The notes under the pieces are model-generated. The model saw only the letters and a program-made list of their open reading frames with translations. It did no database searches and was not told where the DNA came from. This document shows positions 29,877-38,499 of a stretch of DNA of 64,000 nucleotides, in pieces. A program made the position numbers and the translations under genes. Source of the stretch: Spirochaetota bacterium (lineage in GTDB: Bacteria; Spirochaetota; GWE2-31-10; MWDO01); the NCBI GenBank assembly GCA_031549085.1, contig JAVBQL010000019.1, positions 696 through 64,695 on the forward strand, given 5' to 3'. Within the stretch, counting starts at the first letter, position 1, and every line of letters begins with the position of its first letter.

Positions 29877-30524
29877 ATGAATATTGAATTTTTAATCTCT
29901 GTTCTAAAAAAGAACTATGATAGAAATATTGCTCCCTCAGTTACACTGATATCAGAACTAACAAAAAGTCCATTCTGTGTTTTTGTATCAACCATAATAA
30001 GCCTTAGAACCAAAGATCAAGTAACCATAGAGTCCTCAAAAAGGCTCTTTAACGAGGTAAAATCTTTCTATGATATGCAAAACATAGCTGAAGAGAAGAT
30101 AGCCTCTCTAATATATCCCGCTGGCTTCTATAAAACAAAAGCAAAAAGATTGAAAGAGGTTGCAAATATAGTAATAGATAAGTATAGTGGTGAGCTTCCA
30201 AGTGATATGGAGAAACTTCTTGAGCTGCCGGGTGTTGGAAGAAAGACAGCCAACTTAGTTAGAATACTTGGATTCAATCTTGATGGAATATGTGTTGACA
30301 CCCATGTACATAGAATCAGCAACAGGCTTGGGCTTGTAGAAACAAAGACACCAGAGCAAACAGAGTTCTCTCTTATGGAGGCTGTTGAACAGAAGTATTG
30401 GAGGAGTCTTAATGAGTATATGGTTAGCTATGGACAGATAGTATGCACACCAATATCACCCCACTGCTCTCTATGTAAAGTAAATAGTGAGTGTCCAAAG
30501 GTTGGCGTTACAACTTCAAGGTAG
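29877..30524 (+). CDS. nth: Endonuclease III
   Basis: HhH-GPD LPGVGRKTANLV and a C-terminal 4Fe-4S cluster C-x6-C-x2-C-x5-C. Confidence 0.85.
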   Translation: MNIEFLISVLKKNYDRNIAPSVTLISELTKSPFCVFVSTIISLRTKDQVTIESSKRLFNEVKSFYDMQNIAEEKIASLIYPAGFYKTKAKRLKEVANIVIDKYSGELPSDMEKLLELPGVGRKTANLVRILGFNLDGICVDTHVHRISNRLGLVETKTPEQTEFSLMEAVEQKYWRSLNEYMVSYGQIVCTPISPHCSLCKVNSECPKVGVTTSR

Positions 30525-30534
30525 AGGCTTTTTT

Positions 30535-30574
30535 CTAATCCCCCCCCAACCCCCTTTTGTCAAAAAGGGGGCTT
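30535..30574 (+). repeat. GC-hairpin module copy a (CTAATC-C8-AA-CCCCCTTTT-GTCA-AAAAGGGGG-CTT)
   Basis: Starts 11 nt after the nth stop. 9-bp stem with five G:C pairs in an AT-rich genome. Same family as 32717, 34951, 36308, 40787, 44348 and 44731. Confidence 0.8.
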
Positions 30575-30647
30575 AAACTAAGAGGTTTAACTATATAACT
30601 TGCTTCCTCATAATAAACAGAGTTTTTTTGTTTATGTAAAAACGACC

Positions 30648-30737
30648 GGTTTGTCTTTTTTGTGATATGCAAGTCAATTTTTTGAAATCGTACACGATTA
30701 GAAAAAATTTTTGTTGCATACCACAGCAAGACAAACC
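30648..30737 (-). repeat. Structured core unit U1 (reverse orientation, diverged)
   Basis: Reverse complement reads GCAACAAAAATTTT...AAAAAATTGACTTGC. Outer arms GGTTTGTCTTTTTTGTGATATGC / GCATACCACAGCAAGACAAACC are largely complementary. Confidence 0.6.
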
Positions 30738-30993
30738 TACTTGCTAACATTTCTTTCCTCATAACCCATAATAAATAACATACTTTTTTTGTACTATATC
30801 ATTGTTTTTTATTTTTTAAATTTAGAAACTAAAACTTTTTTCCCATACAAGATACCCATCAAAAAGGACGTGGCTAGTAAAAAAAACGTGGGAACTAAAA
30901 AAGTAAAAAAACTTGTAATTTTTAAAAATAAATACGATAAATATAGTATGTTAACTTTTCCTAAAGAAATTCAAACAGCTTTACTCTGTCACC

Positions 30994-32370
30994 ATGGAAA
31001 CTAACCTAAAGAACACCGTTAAAGAGAGCTCCATTATACTATTTAGTATTATAAAATGGGGAATCTTGGCTCTGATTATTGGTGTTGTGACAGGTCTTGC
31101 CGCTGGACTCTTTACAAAGACTCTCAACTTTTGTAGTGGCATAACTGGTAAATTTGAATATTACTACTTTGCATTGCCTATAATATTTTTTATTAATGGA
31201 CTTGCTCTTCTCTATATTTTTCCAAACGCCAATGTATACACAACAAACAAGCTTATTGAACATGTAAATAACAGAAAACCAATACCAATAATGTCCATCC
31301 CAAAAGTATTTATCCTCTCTATAGTAACATTAAGTTCTGGCGGTTCACTTGGAAAAGAGGCTCCAGTTGCTGACATAGGCGGCAGTCTAGCCTCTGCCTT
31401 TGGAAAACTGCTTCGGCTAAAAGAGGAGGACTTAAGCAAGCTTATGGTTTGTGGCATTAGTGCTGGTTTTGCAGCGATATTGGGGACACCAATTGCAGGC
31501 AGCCTATTTGGTGCAGAGGTGCTCTTTGTTGGAGGCATCCTCTATGAAGTACTCCTCCCCTCATTCTTTGCGGGAATTGTAAGCTTTAAGGTTAGCCAAA
31601 TGGTGCTTGGGGCTAATTCACACCCATTTATAATAGCAAATATTCCAGAGTTCAATAAATTTTTCTTTCTTCAAGTTATTGCTGCAGGTATTTTTTTTGG
31701 AATATGCTCTATAATTTTGATAGAGTCTATAAAATTAAACAAGGTTCTATATAACAAAATTAAGGTGTGGAAACCATTTAAAAATATATGGGGCGGAGTT
31801 TTTTTAGTGGTTCTTGCACTGCTTATTGGCAAAGACTATTTGGGATTGGGTGAAAATGTGGTCGCTGCTGCTATAAGCGGAGAAAAAATTGTAATTTACG
31901 CTTTTCTATTAAAAATTCTATTCACCTCAATAACCTACTCATGGGGAGGTGTTGGAGGTATGATCTCACCTCTGCTTTTTATTGGGGCTACAGCTGGGGC
32001 AGCATTTGCCAACATTATGGGATATGACCCAACAATATTTGCCGCACTTGGCTTTGTAAGTGTTCTTGCTGGAGCAACCAACACTCCAATATCAGCATCA
32101 ATCCTTGCAATAGAGCTCTTTGGTCCTGCAATTGGTGTATATGCCGCTGTCTCATCACTCTTAAGCTTTCTTATCACAGGGAACAGAACCCTCTTTCCTG
32201 CACAAATTTTAAAGATAAAAAAATCTTCATCACTAAATCTTGAGACTGGAAAGACAATGGAGGATACAAATATCTCCTATGACAATTATAATAGGAAAAA
32301 GCTAAAAGAGGTTTATAATAGTGTCAAAACGAAGCTAAACATAAAAAGCAAGAAAAAAGATGGGGAGTAG
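30994..32370 (+). CDS. ClC-family chloride/anion channel or antiporter
   Basis: GGSLGKEAP (GxEGP-like), GTPIAGSLFGAEVL and GGMISPLLFIGATAG motifs; ~10-12 TM helices. Confidence 0.8.
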   Translation: METNLKNTVKESSIILFSIIKWGILALIIGVVTGLAAGLFTKTLNFCSGITGKFEYYYFALPIIFFINGLALLYIFPNANVYTTNKLIEHVNNRKPIPIMSIPKVFILSIVTLSSGGSLGKEAPVADIGGSLASAFGKLLRLKEEDLSKLMVCGISAGFAAILGTPIAGSLFGAEVLFVGGILYEVLLPSFFAGIVSFKVSQMVLGANSHPFIIANIPEFNKFFFLQVIAAGIFFGICSIILIESIKLNKVLYNKIKVWKPFKNIWGGVFLVVLALLIGKDYLGLGENVVAAAISGEKIVIYAFLLKILFTSITYSWGGVGGMISPLLFIGATAGAAFANIMGYDPTIFAALGFVSVLAGATNTPISASILAIELFGPAIGVYAAVSSLLSFLITGNRTLFPAQILKIKKSSSLNLETGKTMEDTNISYDNYNRKKLKEVYNSVKTKLNIKSKKKDGE

Positions 32371-32443
32371 AAATAAACTATTAATAATATTTTAATAGAG
32401 TTTTTAAAAAAACTTATCTAGCTAATTAACTATTGTTTTTAGC

Positions 32444-32590
32444 TTATGAGGATAATCACAAAGATTTTTGTATATTTCGTATAGAAGCAGAGATGCTTAA
32501 CGGTATTTTCTATCGATTTTAACATTTATAAAATTTTCATATTTACCTTTGGTTTATGAGGGATATCAACAAAGTTTTTTTTGTTTTTTC
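32444..32590 (+). repeat. Degenerate or partial core units
   Basis: Two direct copies of the 5' half TTATGAGG(G)ATA(A)TCA(A)CAAAG(A)TTTTT at 32444 and 32563, and a 3'-half-like TCTATCGATTTTA at ~32509. Confidence 0.45.
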
Positions 32591-32593
32591 ATA

Positions 32594-32671
32594 GGCTATT
32601 AAAGGGTATATAACAAAGATTTTATCTCGTTATTACGCCAATAAAATCGACTTATATATCCTTTAATAGCC
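32594..32671 (+). repeat. Structured core unit U2 (type II)
   Basis: GGCTATTAAAGGGTATAT-AACAAAGATTTTATCTCGTTATTACGCCAATAAAATCGACTT-ATATATCCTTTAATAGCC. Arms are complementary apart from one G:T. Confidence 0.85.
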
Positions 32672-32716
32672 TTTTCTAACATAACTTAAAACTCTAATTA
32701 TAGCTAAACCTTCTTT

Positions 32717-32751
32717 AACCCCCTTTATGTAAAGGGGGTTGGGGGGATTAG
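32717..32751 (-). repeat. GC-hairpin module copy b
   Basis: AACCCCCTTTATGTAAAGGGGGTTGGGGGGATTAG. Lies 30 nt beyond the dsbD stop, in sense orientation to dsbD. Confidence 0.8.
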
Positions 32752-32780
32752 AAAAAGAGCATCTCTTTTGCACAAAAAAA

Positions 32781-34631
32781 CTAATCAATTGCCTTAAGCA
32801 AATCTCCCTTTGAATAGATATCCCTTAAACAAACTGGTCGAGTAAAATCATCACTTTTAAACACAGCAAGAAATGGAATTGATTTCGTTCCAAGTTTATC
32901 CATCAAAGTATCCGCCTCATAGTTGTAGTTGGTGATATCAGCAGTAAGAAAAACAATATCGTTATCATTGATTGTTTTAATAACCTTCTCATTTTGAAAA
33001 ACCATCGACTCTACAAACTTGCAGTTTATGCACCAATCTGCACTAAAGTTTACAATTACAGTCTTTCCATTCTCTATATTCTCTATTAGTTCTTCATAGC
33101 TATAGGTCTCTTTAATTATTTTCTCTTTGTTGCTATATTTCTCTGCCATAACAACATATGATAAAAATAGACCAAGGAGAATAATAACAAAAAACATAAT
33201 AATGGAGACAAATCTACTATTGTTAGATCTATTGATAGAACCAAAGTATCCATATTGAAAAAAAGCTATTGCAATAAATATTATAGAGAGTATGGTTGGA
33301 AGAACGAACTTATCCTCCATAACTGTCAAGAGAAAAAATATTGTGAATATTAGAAAGAAGCCCATTATTCTCTCAAAAACAATTGTCCACTCACCACTCT
33401 TTGGAATTATATTAACTATTTTTGGATTTATTAGAAATATTATATATGGAAGAGAAAAACCAAGCCCTATGGAGAGGAAGACCGAAAAAACGGTAACTAT
33501 ATTTTGTGAAAGCGTCCATACCAGAACCCCGCCAAGAAGTGGCCCACTGCATGGGGTTGCAAGAAGTGTTGCAAAGAGCCCTTTCAGAAATGAGTCCAAA
33601 TATTGATTTCTATTTCTAACATATATATTTGGAGAATTTATATTCCAAACGCCAAACATAGAGAGGCTTAATGCAAAGATAATCAGAATCATAACAATGA
33701 GAAATACACTATTCTGAAATAGCCCACCCCACTTTATGCCAAAGATAGCTATAAGGATTGCCAGTGCAATAAAGCTTAAAAGAATCCCAGAAATAAAGAA
33801 TATTATATTAAGTCTGAAGTTCTTTTTGTCATCATTGTTTTTTATAAGGCCAAGAATCTTTAAGCCTATAACAGGCAAAACACAAGGCATAAAGTTAAGT
33901 ATAAAGCCTGCAAGAAATCCAAGCAATATTGCAAACAGTATATTCCCAATAGCAATATTTTTTATATATACTGGAGAGAAGCTCTCATTAATTTCTGGAA
34001 TCAAATCTGCTGATAGATCTTTAATAGCTGTCAACCCCAAGCTCTCTTTTGTCTCTCCAATTTCATCTACAACCTCTAACGATTTATAGTAGAGAGTTCT
34101 TATATCGTGGCTTCTAAGGATAGGCTGATTTGATGCTATAATTTCATAATCTATCTTTTTTGTGTATGAAGTGCATGAATCCTTGCTACAAATTAGAGCA
34201 TCGAACTTAATAGTAAGTTTATATTTAGGAGGATTTTTAATATCTACTGAAATAGCAGCATCGCCATTTTCTACAACAAATGGAAGAAATATATAGGTCT
34301 CTCTCTCATATATATTGACACTATTTCCCTCAAAATCTTTATGCTTTTTTGGAGGCATGTATCTTGCCGGTGCAACTGTCAATTCTTCATCTTTATAAGA
34401 GACAGATATTGATGTTGGTTTTCCAGTTACTCCGCCCAAAGGGTTTCCATAGATATAGTACCCTTTTGGTATCAATACCCTTAAGGCTATAAAGCTGCTT
34501 TCACCCCTTATAACATCTACTGAAGCTCCAACAGGAGAGACCAAAAGTTTTGCCTCACTATAGGCAAAGAGAGAGGTTAAACAAAATAAAAATATAAAAA
34601 ATAATCTATTCAAAAATAATCTACTTTTCAA
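32781..34631 (-). CDS. dsbD: Thiol:disulfide interchange protein DsbD-like
   Basis: N-terminal periplasmic domain, a TM core with the paired-Cys motifs MPCVLPV and ATPCSGP, and a C-terminal thioredoxin WCINCK. Confidence 0.75.
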   Translation of the reverse strand: MKSRLFLNRLFFIFLFCLTSLFAYSEAKLLVSPVGASVDVIRGESSFIALRVLIPKGYYIYGNPLGGVTGKPTSISVSYKDEELTVAPARYMPPKKHKDFEGNSVNIYERETYIFLPFVVENGDAAISVDIKNPPKYKLTIKFDALICSKDSCTSYTKKIDYEIIASNQPILRSHDIRTLYYKSLEVVDEIGETKESLGLTAIKDLSADLIPEINESFSPVYIKNIAIGNILFAILLGFLAGFILNFMPCVLPVIGLKILGLIKNNDDKKNFRLNIIFFISGILLSFIALAILIAIFGIKWGGLFQNSVFLIVMILIIFALSLSMFGVWNINSPNIYVRNRNQYLDSFLKGLFATLLATPCSGPLLGGVLVWTLSQNIVTVFSVFLSIGLGFSLPYIIFLINPKIVNIIPKSGEWTIVFERIMGFFLIFTIFFLLTVMEDKFVLPTILSIIFIAIAFFQYGYFGSINRSNNSRFVSIIMFFVIILLGLFLSYVVMAEKYSNKEKIIKETYSYEELIENIENGKTVIVNFSADWCINCKFVESMVFQNEKVIKTINDNDIVFLTADITNYNYEADTLMDKLGTKSIPFLAVFKSDDFTRPVCLRDIYSKGDLLKAID

Positions 34632-34769
34632 AAAAACCTCCTAAAAAGTTTTTTTATTAGCCACACTCTTTTTGATAAATATTTTATATAAAAAAAAATA
34701 TTACCTTTCTAATTTTATGATAGAACAAGCTCTAACTCTTTCCCTTATTAAATCAATAGGCTTATTGTA

Positions 34770-34799
34770 AGATATAAAAAACAAAGGTTTTTTATATCT
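34770..34799 (+). repeat. Mini-hairpin carrying the AACAAAG loop motif
   Basis: AGATATAAAAAAC-AAAG-GTTTTTTATATCT, a perfect 13-bp stem directly upstream of U3. Confidence 0.5.
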
Positions 34800-34800
34800 G

Positions 34801-34894
34801 TTTCTTGTAGAGTATTTGGAGTATGTAACAAAGATTTTGTATATTTTTGCTTTCGCTAAAATCGAACAAAATCGACTTACATATTGCAGATACT
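34801..34894 (+). repeat. Structured core unit U3 (type I)
   Basis: TTTCTTGTAGAGTAT...GTAACAAAGATTTTGTATATTTTTGCTTTCGCTAAAATCGAACAAAATCGACTTAC...ATACTCTACAAGAAA. The basal 15 bp are perfectly paired and the upper stem pairs with G:T wobbles. Confidence 0.85.
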
Positions 34895-34950
34895 CTACAA
34901 GAAACAAAAAATCATCACCAATATCTATTTAGACAACAAGCTATATTCTT

Positions 34951-34986
34951 AACTCCCCCTTTATGTAAAGGGGGCAGGGAGATTAG
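34951..34986 (-). repeat. GC-hairpin module copy c
   Basis: AACTCCCCCTTTATGTAAAGGGGGCAGGGAGATTAG. Lies 30 nt beyond the stop of the SPFH gene at 35016, in sense orientation. Confidence 0.8.
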
Positions 34987-35015
34987 ATTTACAAAACCCT
35001 CTACATAAAATACTA

Positions 35016-35924
35016 CTATTTTTGTCCTTGGACAACCCCATAGTTATAGGGAACTGGCATATAGTTGTTGTTTGGAACATATTGACCATTCCACTTCTCA
35101 ACTCTTTTCTCTTCAATTGCAAGCTTTCGCAACTCAAGTTCAAGCTGCATATTTCTGCTAATTGATTCGTTATATATCCTTATCGCCTCACCCTCAACCT
35201 TTTTTGCATCAGCTCTAAGAAGTGCAGATTGCTTCTCTCCCTCTGCGATTGCAATTGTTGCAAGCTTGTCAGCCTCCGCCTGCTTAACCTTCTTTTGTGC
35301 ATCAAGCTCAGTTATCAAAAGCTCCTGCTCCTTCTGCTTTACCTCTTGAGCCTTACGCATTGTCTCCTGAATCTGTTTGTCAAACTCATCTGACCAGTCG
35401 TAGTTTACCACTTTCAAATCTGTTAGCTCAACAGGATAGTCAGCAAGTCTGCCCTTTATAACATCAAAGGAGTCCTTCACAATTTTCTCTTGAGATATTG
35501 GAAGTTCAAATATAGTATATCTACCTATAACAATCTTAAAGCCCTCAGTAATAGCGTTTGAAACAAGGCTCTTCATCTTCTCCTCACCAAAGTCCTGCCA
35601 CATATCTACAAGATCGTGAGCCTTATATTTGTAGAAAGCAATTATATCTGCTCCAATTGTTTGATTGTCTTTTGTGATAGCTCCACCCTTGCCAACTTCT
35701 ATATAGTAGTTTAATTGCAGAGGACGTATTGTTACCACCTCAATAGTTTGCACAAGTGGGATTTTGAAGTGCATGCCCGGCTCAAGAATTGTATCTGATA
35801 TAGAGCCCAATGTGAATTTTAATCCCTTTGAGCTTGATGGAATAACAGTAATTGATAGAGCAACCAGAGCTACAATTATTACAACTACTACTATTGTATA
35901 GATCATATTTTTGCTTACTTTCAT
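35016..35924 (-). CDS. SPFH/prohibitin-family membrane protein
   Basis: N-terminal TM helix, PHB domain, C-terminal coiled coil (QKEQELLITELDAQKKVKQAEADK). Confidence 0.75.
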   Translation of the reverse strand: MKVSKNMIYTIVVVVIIVALVALSITVIPSSSKGLKFTLGSISDTILEPGMHFKIPLVQTIEVVTIRPLQLNYYIEVGKGGAITKDNQTIGADIIAFYKYKAHDLVDMWQDFGEEKMKSLVSNAITEGFKIVIGRYTIFELPISQEKIVKDSFDVIKGRLADYPVELTDLKVVNYDWSDEFDKQIQETMRKAQEVKQKEQELLITELDAQKKVKQAEADKLATIAIAEGEKQSALLRADAKKVEGEAIRIYNESISRNMQLELELRKLAIEEKRVEKWNGQYVPNNNYMPVPYNYGVVQGQK

Positions 35925-36001
35925 TTCATTTTTTTCCTAATATTTATTTTTTTTTTAAATATAAATTCATAAATAGCTAATAACAAAAACTTTGTCCTAT
36001 T

Positions 36002-36114
36002 TTTTGCTTACTAGAGTATCTGGGATGTGTAACAAAGATTTTGTATATTTTGCTTTCAGCAAAATCGAACAAAATCGACTTACATATTGCAGATACTCTA
36101 GTAAGCAGCAAAAA
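36002..36114 (+). repeat. Structured core unit U4 (type I)
   Basis: TTTTGCTTACTAGAGTATCTG...GTAACAAAGATTTTGTATATTTTGCTTTCAGCAAAATCGAACAAAATCGACTTAC...CAGATACTCTAGTAAGCAGCAAAA. Confidence 0.85.
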
Positions 36115-36145
36115 GTCATCATCAATACATATTTGGCTAACAAGT

Positions 36146-36251
36146 CCAGCTCATCGTTAAAAGCCGTTAAGATATATAACAAAGATTTTATCTCGTTATT
36201 ACGCCAATAAAATCGACTTATATGTCTTAATGGCTTTTAACGATGAGCTGG
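36146..36251 (+). repeat. Structured core unit U5 (type II, 32-bp outer stem)
   Basis: CCAGCTCATCGTTAAAAGCCGTTAAGATATAT-AACAAAGATTTTATCTCGTTATTACGCCAATAAAATCGACTT-ATATGTCTTAATGGCTTTTAACGATGAGCTGG. 30 Watson-Crick pairs plus 2 G:T. The 41-nt centre is identical to U2. Confidence 0.9.
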
Positions 36252-36307
36252 TTTCGGCTCTCTTTATTAACCTATTATTACTTTAATCAATATTTCCAAT
36301 AATCCTT

Positions 36308-36331
36308 AACCACCCCCTTTTTGAAAAGGGC
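36308..36331 (-). repeat. GC-hairpin module copy d (degenerate)
   Basis: AACCACCCCCTTTTTGAAAAGGGC. Lacks the GGGGGGATTAG tail. Lies ~100 nt beyond the dapA stop. Confidence 0.4.
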
Positions 36332-36437
36332 TTTTTCTTTCCACGTCCTTTTTAACAAATATTTTGTATAAAAAGAATATTATCTTTCTAACCTTGAGGG
36401 GATTAGTAAAAAAAACTCCTCCACACCCACATTTTTT

Positions 36438-37319
36438 TTATATTTTATATTTCTCTTTTAATTCCTTTAAAATAGAGACACTTGCACTTGACGCCTCACA
36501 AATAGGCAGTCTAAAGACACTCTTAATTTTGCCCATCATATATAGAAGAGTCTTTGCTGGGATTGGATTTGTCTCTATAAAAAGCTTGATAAACATCTCA
36601 TCAAGCTGATAGTGCTCATCTCTCATCTTATCAAACTGACCATTAAGTCCAAGATTTACAAAATCGACTACTCTCTTTGGAATAACATTTGAAGCAACAG
36701 ATATTACTCCATCTCCACCAATCGCCATAAGCGGAAGTGTCAGCCTGTCATCGCCTGAAAGAACAGCAAAATCTCTCTTTATTTTTTTAGTTGTCTTAAT
36801 AACGTCCATCATTTGAGTGATAGAGCCTGATGCCTCTTTAACACCAACTATATTATCAATCTCTGCAAGTTTTGCTAGAGTTGAGGTCTCAAGGTTTATC
36901 CCAGTACGCCCCTGTATATTGTAGACAACAATAGGGATATCACACTTTTCAGCTATTGTTTTAAAGTGACGGTATAGGCCCTCTTGAGTAGGTTTATTGT
37001 AGTATGGCACAACTTGAAGAGATGAGTTTGCACCAACCTTTTTGGCAAAGTTGGTCATCTCAATTGCTTCGTCTGTGGAGTTTGAGCCGGTACCTGCCAT
37101 AACATGAAGCCTGCCCTTTGCTTGTTCGACAGCTATCTCGATTAGACGATCATGCTCTCTATATGAGAGAGTTGGAGATTCACCAGTAGTACCGCAAGGA
37201 ACAATACCAGTTACCCCTCCCTTTACCTGCTCCTCTATTAAGTTTCGAAATGAGCTCTCATCGATAGAACCATCACTGTTAAATGGTGTTACCAATGCTG
37301 TAAAAGTACCTCTTAACAT
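36438..37319 (-). CDS. dapA: 4-hydroxy-tetrahydrodipicolinate synthase
   Basis: GTTGESPTLS motif and GVKEASG (active-site Lys). Confidence 0.9.
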   Translation of the reverse strand: MLRGTFTALVTPFNSDGSIDESSFRNLIEEQVKGGVTGIVPCGTTGESPTLSYREHDRLIEIAVEQAKGRLHVMAGTGSNSTDEAIEMTNFAKKVGANSSLQVVPYYNKPTQEGLYRHFKTIAEKCDIPIVVYNIQGRTGINLETSTLAKLAEIDNIVGVKEASGSITQMMDVIKTTKKIKRDFAVLSGDDRLTLPLMAIGGDGVISVASNVIPKRVVDFVNLGLNGQFDKMRDEHYQLDEMFIKLFIETNPIPAKTLLYMMGKIKSVFRLPICEASSASVSILKELKEKYKI

Positions 37320-37525
37320 AGCTTTACCCTTATAAAATAATTTTTTATTGCTTATATCTAACTATTAAATAAAAATAGTTAATTTGTCAAAATTTTTATT
37401 ATGGTTATTATGATTTATTTTATTCTCTTTAATTTTGTTATCTTTGAAAGGGAGTATGAGTAGTGTTAGGGATAGTTTTTTTTAAAAAAAATGTTCCACT
37501 ACTTAACATAGTGGGAGTACTCAAT

Positions 37526-38440
37526 CTACAAAGGACGAACTTTCATTAGGTTGTAATAAAACTCATGTTTGAAAACCCCATACCTCATTGATATCAACCA
37601 CAAATAGTCCTCATCAATAGCAAGATCCACAACCTCACCAATTTTCAAATATTCGACAGTAATATTTTTTAGTTCTGGACGAATAATTTTAATTTCCCCA
37701 TTGGAATACTCATATGTATGTTTATGTAAATGAGTAGTACTATATTCATCATAGTTTAATGGGATTTCCCATACAGTATCACCATAAAATTTATTAATAT
37801 GAACAGTTGAAAAAGAGGTAGATATATTATCAATGGTATATATATAGCTATCAGTTGTAGAGTCATATGTGTACTCTACAATTTTACTACCCATGTATAT
37901 CATAATTCTATCTGTTACCCTGTTATAGTCAATAATGGTACTCTTAATATTATCAAATGTTATTAATCTCTTATTACCTCCATCTAAGTCCATCTGCAAG
38001 TATCTTCTGGTAGTTTCTGGAATATCTACTCTTTTTTCAATAGTAAAAAAAAAGATTGATACAACTATTTTTTCATCATGCACTAATATTTTATAGTTTC
38101 TATCAAAATTACGATATCTATAGAGACTCATATCAACAGAGAGATCAACTACTGGATCTATTGCAATTCTGTTTTGTAATTTTAACTTCTCATCAAAAAC
38201 ACGCACTGTTTTTTGATCATATATATAAAAAAGATCATTATACTTTGATATTGATGGATAGAATGAGTCGCTAGATGTATCCAATGCAACTCCACCACTA
38301 AACAGAACCTCCACCCCAGCTTTTAGTGGGTCATATTCATACTCAGAGGGTGGTGGACACGTAGCCCAGATATCCCCACAGCTTATTAATAGAGATAGAA
38401 CAGCAATACTTAAAGTAAAACAGGTAATTATTCTTTTCAT
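37526..38440 (-). CDS. Lipoprotein of unknown function
   Basis: Signal peptide plus lipobox LLISC. Confidence 0.45.
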   Translation of the reverse strand: MKRIITCFTLSIAVLSLLISCGDIWATCPPPSEYEYDPLKAGVEVLFSGGVALDTSSDSFYPSISKYNDLFYIYDQKTVRVFDEKLKLQNRIAIDPVVDLSVDMSLYRYRNFDRNYKILVHDEKIVVSIFFFTIEKRVDIPETTRRYLQMDLDGGNKRLITFDNIKSTIIDYNRVTDRIMIYMGSKIVEYTYDSTTDSYIYTIDNISTSFSTVHINKFYGDTVWEIPLNYDEYSTTHLHKHTYEYSNGEIKIIRPELKNITVEYLKIGEVVDLAIDEDYLWLISMRYGVFKHEFYYNLMKVRPL

Positions 38441-38499
38441 AACAGTCTTCCTTACTAAACACTAGAGAGTACAACCAGTCCTGCAATTACAAAACAGCC

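Noticed and set aside
30763-30993. Possible fluoride (crcB-motif) riboswitch or other leader upstream of the ClC gene, and the 71-aa track ORF 30789-31004
   Set aside because: The region is A/T-rich with no conserved riboswitch-like GC helices that I can see. The ORF is lysine-rich and low-complexity, with no RBS.
34701-34907. Track ORFs lying on the repeat units (34701-34907 minus, 35997-36182 minus, 35992-36210 plus, 40440-40631 plus, 30535-30762 minus, 36364-36609 plus), two of which share the peptide EYLQYVSRFCSIL.KAK
   Set aside because: The shared peptide is simply the translation of the conserved repeat core. The ORFs have no RBS, cross hairpin arms and differ in frame between copies, so I treat them as noncoding repeats.
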